NCBI GenBank assembly: GCA_030141605.1
Contig: JAQGDQ010000014.1
Span: 496,001 to 560,000, forward strand
Length of the DNA: 64,000 nt
Reading direction: 5' to 3'
From: Tubiluchus corallicola
Taxonomy: Eukaryota > Animalia > Priapulida
Shown here: positions 54,966 to 64,000 of the stretch, one piece after another
How positions within the stretch are numbered: position 1 is the stretch's first letter
Layout of the letters: every line of letters starts with the position of its first letter
Notes under the pieces: model-generated
What the model saw: only the letters and a program-made list of their open reading frames with translations
Databases searched by the model: none
What the model was told of the DNA's origin: nothing
Translations under genes and position numbers: made by a program

Positions 54966-55340
54966 TAGAGGCTGAGGGTATTGAGAAGTAATGGGAAGGG
55001 ACGTTAAACATGCGGTCATCCATGAAATCTTCTATTGGGTTGTCTTGCTTAATAATTTTAATGTTAATAATAGTAATGGTCATTACAATTCAACCTTGCT
55101 AATCAACTATAGAATCATTTACACTCACATGCAATCGAACATCTTATTTAATCTATTATCAAATTAGGAAAAAATTTAATAATTATAATTTAATGTATAC
55201 ATTATTTGCATAAATAATCTTTTAATAGAACTTTTTTTAGCAAATTCTAATTTTCTTTTGTGTATTTGGTTTATCTAAATAATATATAATGTCTGCCAGC
55301 TGAAATAAAAATAAATCGAAGCAGATGAACTCAAATTAAG

Positions 55341-55439
55341 GCAAGTCAAGTCTAGTCAAGCCAAGTCAAGCCAAATCAAATCAAATCAAATCAAATCAAA
55401 TCAAATCAAATCAAATCAAATCAAATCAAATCAAATCAA
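55341..55439. repeat. (TCAAG)/(TCAAA)n pentanucleotide microsatellite
   Basis: Directly visible. Confidence 0.95.
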
Positions 55440-56004
55440 TGAATAAATCAATGTTTTAAAATACTCGTAGCGCATCTATGACTACTTGTCTATTATAGGC
55501 GGATCACTGTCATAGTGCTTAATTCTACTATAGTATTTCGTTGCCATAGAGCCTTACTCTTGTAAATCTAAAAATCACGTGTATGTTCAGCAGTTTTTAA
55601 ACGCTTAGCTGTCTGTTGTTTTGTCATGGCCTTGTGCCATTCCAAAACTGACTCTATCCACTGCCCAAACTAAGCTGACATGTGTTAAACTTTCGACTAT
55701 GTTGACTACCTGCGACATGACATCTTACGGTAATCTTAAAAACACTTTTAAGATATAGAATTTATCTGCTACCCAAGGCAACACTGACTAGGTTTCAACT
55801 CATTACGTATCACGTTGTGAAACCACTACAGGCAGACTAGTGATCAGGTGACAGTAACAAGTTAATGAATCTCTTTGTTTCGTGCGAGGCTATTATAACG
55901 TGCTTGAAGTGTTTGCGCCCCAGGAAATCCTAATATGACCTGTATGAAAAATATTATTGAATAATAGACTAATGACCTACTTTTTATAGTTTGTGGTTAC
56001 CTGA

Positions 56005-56092
56005 AAGAAATGGAGAATACAAGATGGAATGGAAGAAAGGTAGGAAGGAAATGAGAAAATGTAGAGAAGAAGAATAAGTAGAAAGGGAGTAA

Positions 56093-56152
<60 letters not shown>

Positions 56153-56303
56153 AAAAAAGAAAGAATGAATTAATTAATTAATGAGAGAGCGGCAGGGGTA
56201 AGAAAGAGAGGGGAAGAAAAGGGAAAAAGTGAGAGAGGGACAGAGAGAGGGGGGAGAAAGAAAGAGGAAGAGAGAGGAGGAGAGTGAGTAAGACAGAAAA
56301 AGG

Positions 56304-56342
<39 letters not shown>

Positions 56343-56345
56343 TAA
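56005..56345. repeat. polypurine tract with (AAAG)n and (GA)n
   Basis: Directly visible. Confidence 0.9.
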
Positions 56346-59300
56346 TAAAAAGAAGGGCCAAAGGTAACGATGAAATAATTAAAAGAAAACCTCCTAAAGC
56401 GCTTCCTACCTTTCCATAACTAAACAAACTAACTAATCGTACATGGAATATAATGTACAATAATCTGTACAATCCAATTATTGAACAGCACAAAGATTGC
56501 AGTTCACGAAGCGGTTGCCCCTCACTAATTAGCTGAACAACGAAGAAACTATTTTCAGTCGTACTGGCTTCTATAATATCAGAGCTTAATTTAATATGTT
56601 AAACAATAGTCGTATAGTAGAGAGCTAAACGAAATGACTGCAAGGTAAAATTAGTGCACAGTCTCACATATCGTCATCGAGTCGACTTTATAACTCTATT
56701 GCATTAATTAAATAATAATTATGCAAGATAAAATTTTCTGGCAACAATTATTGAATTATTATGCAAAGTCTAATTACGACCTTGACTATCGGTACTTGCT
56801 CCGGGAGGAGCAAAATATAATTAGTGACGTTTAGAACTGGGAGTAGTTGGAATAATGGAAAGAGAAATAACACAGTAATGGCTTTTATGCTAATTAATTT
56901 AAATAATGTAGTGCCGTAATTGTCTTCATACGACTGCAGTTATAAGTGACCTATTGCAGAACTTGCCTGTGAAGATTTCTTCTTCTAAGTACTGTTAGGG
57001 AACCAGTAATTAGATTTGTTAACCAATGACTCTAGAGGACTTAATGGTGTATGCAGCAGTTATTGAATAATGGAATACATTTGGTAATAACTCAGCGCTA
57101 ACCAGTAAACTAGAAAAACAGAATTCATCTGTTTAGAGTTCGACGTGCAGGTTTGCAATAAAACAGTATTGTTTAATGTCATTGCTGTTGTCGTTGTCAT
57201 GATCGTTGTCGTCATCATTATCATTATAATCATCATCATCATCATCATCGTCATTCTTATTGTAATTGTCATAACCACCATATATATATATATATATATA
57301 TATATATCAATCATCAAATGTAAAGTACAAAATCTTATACAAAATCTTGAAAAATTTCATGTCACTGATTATGGATTTTAAATAAATAAATACTGTGAAA
57401 TTGATTTGTAAAAGGATCACAAATGGCGGCCTACAAAAGGATGACGATTGTTCTTATCTTAATTTTATTCTTACTTTGAATACTGACTTGATGGCACGGT
57501 GTCAATAAGACAAGGAGGCAGTTTTCCTGCATTTACGGATAATCAGTAGTAACTGTAGCCAAAGGAATCTGATGGAATAATAAAATCGTGATCAGCGTAA
57601 ATCCCTTGGTAGTTTCTTGAAATTATTGATAACAGTGCCTCTCCCTTGTGTGCTGCCTTCACAAGTTAGTCGTGATCTTTCTTCTGCGCATGTACCGATT
57701 ATCTGGGATGGCATGCGACCGAATCAAAGTGGACAGCATTTTGCTTTCATGAATTTTTTGAAAAAAAATCTGCTTTCAGCTAATACTCTTCTCACCGGGT
57801 TCGAAATAAAGACATTGCAGTGTTGGGAAGATAAGGATAGTTTCCTAAAAAACAAAAGAGCAGCTTCCTTTTTTCAGACATCTTTATTCCAGTGAAAATT
57901 TGGGAGTAGCCTACTTGTTTCCTTAGTTCATAAATCTTTGCCGCCAATCCCTTTTTAAGTAATAAATTCATTTATTCAACGAGTAAAAAACTCATCCTCC
58001 CAAAACCGAGACGGGGTAAAACTGACTATTTTCTTCTTGTTTTCATTTTTCCTCTTTTTCTTTCTTCGACTCCTGCCATTACATGGCCTGGTTAATATCA
58101 CATAAAGATCCTTGCGCCTATCCGTTATGTAAAACAAGCTGTAAAGGATGCTGTCAGCTGAACAAATGAAGTTAAATTCAGGCAGTTAACAGATCTGCTT
58201 TCTGGAATTAACTAGTTAAATAACAATAGCCTGCTTAATAAACACAGGCTTTAAAAACATGCTTTACATTTTAAATGGTTGCCAACTCTCTTCCTAAAAT
58301 TTTTAGCGAAATCTCAAGAACTATTTCCGTAACGTGGAAAAATTCAAATCTGTAGCTAATATGATTTCTGCGAACACCGTGCATTACTGGCATAGAATGC
58401 GGATGTTATTTAACGAGTTTTGTAGACACAGGCTTTATGGATGCAGTTGCTATTGTAGGATGTCTCCTGTACAATGTTACAACCGTAAATTCTTTCCTGG
58501 TTCTGTAAAATGATAATGTTTTGTTTTTGCCTTGTTTTTACATTATTTGCCAGAAAAACAAGTCACGTGACACTCTAATGAGGATATTTTGTCTAATTAA
58601 AAACGTTTATTTTAAAATTATATATCATTATAAATTACTTGGCAATACATGCAGCTGCTCCTTACCAAGCAACAAGCTCCAAGCTTTAGCTTACACAGGC
58701 TAATGGAATTGCGCTTTTAGATGCAACCTACTTTTTTCTAAACACATCTTTTCTTAATTGTCTAATCGTGCGTCGTATGTTTACTGTTAGAATTATACCT
58801 TACTATTTGAGATTAGTACACTGTTGTTCATTAAAGATTACAAAGATTCCCAAAATTAACTTATTGAGCATTTTAACCTAACAATTAGTCCCGCATAAAT
58901 TAATTTCAAACAAAATTAATTATATTTATTTATTTCATTAAAAAATGAACTATTAAACCAGTCATTTTTGCAACGAGAAAGAAAAATATTGTGAGTAAGT
59001 TAAAAAACTGTAAAAGCGTAATGTATTTCGCTACAAATAATTTGTGATAACAAACTTATTGATCACTTTAAGGTCTTGCTGCGCAAATGTGTTTTTAGCC
59101 AAAATAATAGAATTTTAAATAGCAGTAATATGATTTTATCCAACGTAACTGATGCATTTATTCGATATAATTCCAGTATTAGAAAACGCATGACTAGCCT
59201 CTTCATTTATTATTTAAACTAACCTATGCTCCTCTTGCACAGTTTTCCATTTTGTGTATATAGTTTTATAATTTGTATCACTTTTTTGTTTCTATGTAGT

Positions 59301-59388
59301 ATTTTATGTATTGATTTAAATATAAAATAAACGAATAATTTAATGTAAGTAATATTAAGTATTTACGATTGTTTTGTGTGATACTCAC

Positions 59389-59614
59389 ATCTATAAATTC
59401 TATTTTAGCTCCATAGAATACATGATTCATTCCTAGTTTAGTGAGTAATGCACATAGCTTCTCTGGTTCTTCTAGCCGTGTGGTAACTTTGTCCACCATG
59501 CCCATCACTCTGAGCGCATGCCCTCTAAGTTCTTTGCTATGCACTAATTTTTCGTTTTCTAAGTTCCTCAAATTCACAAAGGCTTCCTTCACGTCAGGAT
59601 TGTCTTCAAACATA
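59389..59614 (-). CDS. GbX: globin X, internal heme-binding exon (B12.2 to G7.0)
   Basis: TTTTTTCAG|T acceptor (phase 2) and GAT|GTGAGT donor (phase 0); MFEDNPDVKEAF (C2 Pro, CD1 Phe), SKELRGHALRVM (E7 His, GbX signature), RLEEPEKL, LGMNHVFYGA (F8 His). Confidence 0.94.
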
Positions 59615-61586
59615 CTGAAAAAAAACAAAAATTTCTCATTTTTTAAATGACCATTTGTTCCACATGCCACATAAAAAACGTCTTGTAACAGCCAGGGTTT
59701 CCAACTCATTTTTCACTCAGTCTGTATGTGGTTACTACAGGTCAAGTGCACGAATGTCACCATATCTTTTCCCTTTGTTGTAAATTGTGCAAAACGTTGA
59801 AGTTTTGTTTTATTCTTATAATGCTTACTGCTATTATTCTTCATTTTGTAAACTTAGACTAATTGATTACTGTGTTATGATCGTTTCTGAATCTCAAATA
59901 ATAATAAGGTATGTATGTAGTAATAATAATAATACTTTTCTGCAACTTCTTCTAGTTACAACCACGTTTTGTTTTGACATTTTATATCTAATCTCATGGT
60001 TTGTAATGACATTTTGTGCCTTTGCATTTTAGTATCATCAGTGTGCTAATTATCCCTTCTTTGACTTGACATATAATATTGAAAATAACTACAATAGCCG
60101 AAACGATCGTCTACGCTCAATAAACATGTTAATTCCTAGAGTAAGCATGTTAATTCCTAGAGGCTGGCTCTTTCATGTATTCACTTTATCTTGTTTGCTC
60201 GTAACTTCGTTGAAGTTCTCTAATTTAAGTACATCATTGTAATTTAACAGTGAAGTACATACTGTTTCATAGACTTCATAGACTTTCACTGATTTCGCAA
60301 AGTTTATATCACTTCTCTACTCTTACTTTAAAGAAGTCACTGTGTCGTTCGTTCAAGATTACACACAAGGGAATCAGGTTTTAAGGAAGTACAAGCTGTC
60401 ATCGTGAAAGATAACCATATATTAACCGTTTTGTTATGCTGTAACACGTTTCCTGGCTTAACTAGACTCTCCAGAATGCACAGCTCGCCATGTTTATTGA
60501 TTGTTCACCCATCAGCCCAGTTCCTGATGTTATACAAACTCACGTTTTTGTGCTCCCTGCCGCTACTCTGAATTGGAAGAAACAATAAGGTCACGCCTTA
60601 ATTTTCTGATATCTTTACCCTGGGGGTTTTTATTAATTATCTGTCAGTAGTAATGGTTTCAGCTGCGTTACTGTCAGAAGAAGCTCCAACGTGCTCTCTA
60701 ATTCCAACCTACTCTGATCTAGAACGTCATTAGAATAGAAATTGGACAGCAACGTATCGTTCGCGTCACTCTGACATCATTTTATGGACAATCTTATTCC
60801 AGCGTCAAAGCCTGTAGTCCTGTAGTTACATGAAGTGCAGATTGACAATAATAATAAATATGTATTATTTATATTTATTTGATAGTACACAATCTGTGTG
60901 CATATATGTGACAATATGTGAATAAAGACAGTACATATCACTTTAACTTAATATAAAATCACAGTAATTATCAATTTTTAAGATTAATTTTCTTATGTAT
61001 TCCCTGACAAAATCGGCAAAAAAAGAAAATAAACGTGATAATATTTTCAGCCTAAATTTGTTCAGTAAACATTCAATATTTCTTTGCTCAGTAGTGAATC
61101 AGCAATGAATCGTTTAAAATTAGAATTATGGTTACTTACGAGTTGTATAATATAAGTACATATATCTAATGTAGGTTCGGCAAAAAACTTGAACGTAACA
61201 ACTTTCCAAGAACTTTCGTTGTCAATCAAAGCAAACTATAAGGGCGTGTATAAGCTTTCACAAGCGATTTACATTCTCATCAATCCTAAACTGTTGTGCC
61301 ATCTTAATATGAAACACAGTTTCCTCGACACTATAACGACAACATGGGAGATATTTAGCGTAGCTAAAACTGCGTCATTGCCAGACCAATTCCCCAAATG
61401 TGATTTTATCTGCCGTTTTATGATCACTTAAAGTGCTTGCAATATAGCTAACACGCCCGTCAGTATAGTAGGCTCTTGAGAAATTTGTTCAGATGACGTG
61501 TCTCTGCGTGGCATCTTAATATGGTTCTAATGGCTTCACACTAAGATAGTTCAGATACTCTCAGATGGACCAGCCATGTGAGTGTG

Positions 61587-62269
61587 AGATGTTATGACAC
61601 ACCACGAAGACAATGATACATACAGAGACTCGTAGAATTAGATTACTGTTGCATCCCACTCTGTTCTGTGACTGAGGCCAATGACTTCCTCTTCTGTTTC
61701 CTTCTTTGTATTTTTGTGCTTCTGTGTTTTTTCAATATGCTTGTATCCTGTGATAACTTCATGCTTGAAAATAAAATAGTCGCTTCAGAAACTTGCCATG
61801 GTCATAACAAGTCATAAAGGAATTTGACTTCTTTTATGATGTCTTTGTGTATGCAAAAAAAGATAATTTTTATTTGTTATAAAGTTCAAAATATCTGTAT
61901 ATGTAAAAAATAAGAATCCCACAACTAAAAAATAAAGAAAAAAAAGAAAAAACACACCGAATTACTAATATTAATTTTTGAGAAGCCTTTTATCCATGTT
62001 CTTTAAACACAAAAACATCATAAAAGAAGTCAAATTCCTTTATGACTTGTTATGACCATGGCAAGTTTCCGAAGCGACTATCTTATTTTCAAGCATGAAG
62101 TTATCACAGGATACAAGCATATTGAAAAACACAGAAGCACAAAAATACAAGGAAGGAAACAGAAGAGGAAGTCATTGGCCTTAGTCACAGAACAGAGTGG
62201 GATGCAACAGTAATCTACTTCTAAGAGTCTCTGTATGTATCATTGTCTTCGTAGTGTGTCATAACGTCT
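61587..62269. repeat. long near-perfect inverted repeat (arms ~61587-61850 and ~62007-62269, ~156-bp AT-rich spacer)
   Basis: The arms align base by base in reverse complement with only about ten differences. Confidence 0.95.
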
Positions 62270-62489
62270 GAGAGTCTTTCTGAGCAAAAATAGTATCATC
62301 ATGTGTGTCAGGTTTATGGCAATGCTCAGATGCCACTTGAAGCTACGTTTCAGAAAATTTGGCTCACTGTCTTCTCCCCCTTGAAAGATGGGCCAGCTCA
62401 ACTTGGAAATGCTTGATGATTATTCCAGGAAATTAAAACTACGGATAAGAAACGACTGAATGGTCACAGTGTGCGCTAGGCTATAGGTT

Positions 62490-62580
62490 GTGTGCGCAGT
62501 TTACCAGACGGTGTAGTCTGGCCGCTGATCATACCAAAGACTTTTCAAATGGTACCTGCAGTCGCCGTGCCTGGTAATTA
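62490..62580 (+). mobile_element. SINE core fragment
   Basis: GATCATACCAAAGACTTTTCAAATGGTACC matches the minus-strand core at 53636-53665. Confidence 0.5.
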
Positions 62581-63699
62581 CGGTAGAAGAGGGGTAATAA
62601 TAATTTCTGTTATGTAGTTGTAGAATTGTAGAAGTTGTAGAGTTCATACACCTCTTTGAGCTTATATTAGCTGTTTACCCGTTATAATAATAATAATGTT
62701 AATAATAATAATAATAATAATAATAATTATTATAATAATCGACGAGGCCATTCTATATCAGCAGTTTTAAACTTTGGTATGCAAAGCTGATGTGCAATGG
62801 CTTCGTGATGGATCGAACCATTACAGGATAGGGGTGAAAATAAATAGCGCTTCGCTGTTGTTACATTATTATCATCATTATCGTTATCGTTATTGTTATC
62901 GTTATCGTTATCATCATCATCAATAACAACAACATTATTATTCTTATTCATTATTATAAGTTAACCGATGTCCAGCCTGGGTATAAACTGAATGAGTGAG
63001 CGGTGGAAAACTGGTAAACGTACATTTCTGAAAAATAAAGCCATTTCTCGACTACGATGCGAAAAATAACAGGAATTATGCAACTTAGAAATAATTCCTG
63101 GTGTCATTTTTCACCTTTTAGTAAGGCGCTAGATGGTTAAAATTTCGAAGATGCTAAAACCACTGCTTTAATACACAGTCAGTTTACATAACATATTTTT
63201 CACACGAATAGTTTTATCCATTTATGGAATTTCAAACCACTCGGATAGTAAAACTAACGTGCCGTTTGAAACAAATGCGTACAAACATCGTTTAGAGTTT
63301 ATGGTTATAACAAAACACTCTGGCGACTACAAGAGCCGGCGAAATCACCGAATCATGCAAAGACGGCCATTAAAGGTGCAGCGTTTTGTTTTAAATGATC
63401 CAACGCAAATGCTTACCATAAGCTAGCGAGATTAGAAGTACCTTAATTTTTAATGTTCTTTAAAATGCCACGATCTATGCTACTAAATTCTCCGGTTACA
63501 GGCTACGAAATGCCCCAGTGGACGCGGTAAGTGAAAAAATGTAGAAAAGTAAGTGAATAAAAATATACACTCAAGAGAAAAATGTTTAAAAACGGGAAAG
63601 ACGAATCGGTCTAGGTAAAAAAATAATCAAGTTAATGAGAATCACTCAAGGATGAGCGATCTAACATTGGAAATGCTGAATTTGTTTGGCCAGCTGTAA

Positions 63700-63870
63700 G
63701 GGATGAACAGCCAAGGTCACTGGAATACGATCTAGTGACGGGGGAGCGGGTGGCTTAGTAGACTAAGGCGTATGTTTTCTAAACAGAAGGTCCCTAGTTC
63801 AAATTCAGTATGTATTCCAACTTTTTCACATTTCCTGTCCTTCAAGTTTGTTGTCAAAGTTTAATAAATT
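63700..63870 (+). mobile_element. tRNA-derived SINE-like element
   Basis: A-box-like TGGCTTAGTAG, B-box AGTTCAAATTC, and a tail shared with 42385-42610. Confidence 0.65.
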
Positions 63871-64000
63871 GTGGTTTGTGCGGTCGGACCTTGTTTGCAT
63901 TTTAAGAATTATGCAAATCTTTATAATTAAAGTACATAAATTCTGCTATATTGCGTGTGTGAGTACGTGCTTATGCGTGCGTGCGTTTGTGTGTGCATGT

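Noticed and set aside
54467-55083. Mucin-like Thr/Ser/Pro ORFs (PTTSV repeats) on the minus strand
   Set aside because: Translation of a decaying 15-bp minisatellite; the frames shift, and there is no signal peptide or convincing splice context.
59615-64000. GbX exon 1
   Set aside because: No minus-strand segment encoding globin A/B helices with a phase-2 donor was found; the candidate donor near 61139 lacks a plausible coding frame.

Overview
AT-rich, repeat-rich eukaryotic (invertebrate animal) genomic DNA, not prokaryotic. The window holds a small globin cluster. (1) A complete three-coding-exon globin X-like (GbXL) gene on + (5635-5852, 41251-41482, 43059-43241; 210 aa) with an N-terminal MGC acylation motif, canonical B12.2/G7.0 introns and a 35.4-kb first intron. 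(2) Exons 2 and 3 of a convergently oriented globin X (GbX) gene on - (59614-59389, 52050-51847); its exon 1 was not found and probably lies beyond the window. (3) Between the two globin 3' ends, a FAM183/CFAP144-like ciliary gene with an uninterrupted CDS (44912-45328), preceded by X-box/forkhead-like motifs and a tRNA-like element. The window starts with the terminal exon of a single-pass membrane protein (1-147). Introns carry hAT-type non-autonomous elements (one with a nested LINE), Penelope-like and LINE relics, tRNA-derived SINEs, MITEs, a ~260-bp near-perfect inverted repeat and many micro/minisatellites. Family assignments come from recognising motifs by eye, not from database searches.
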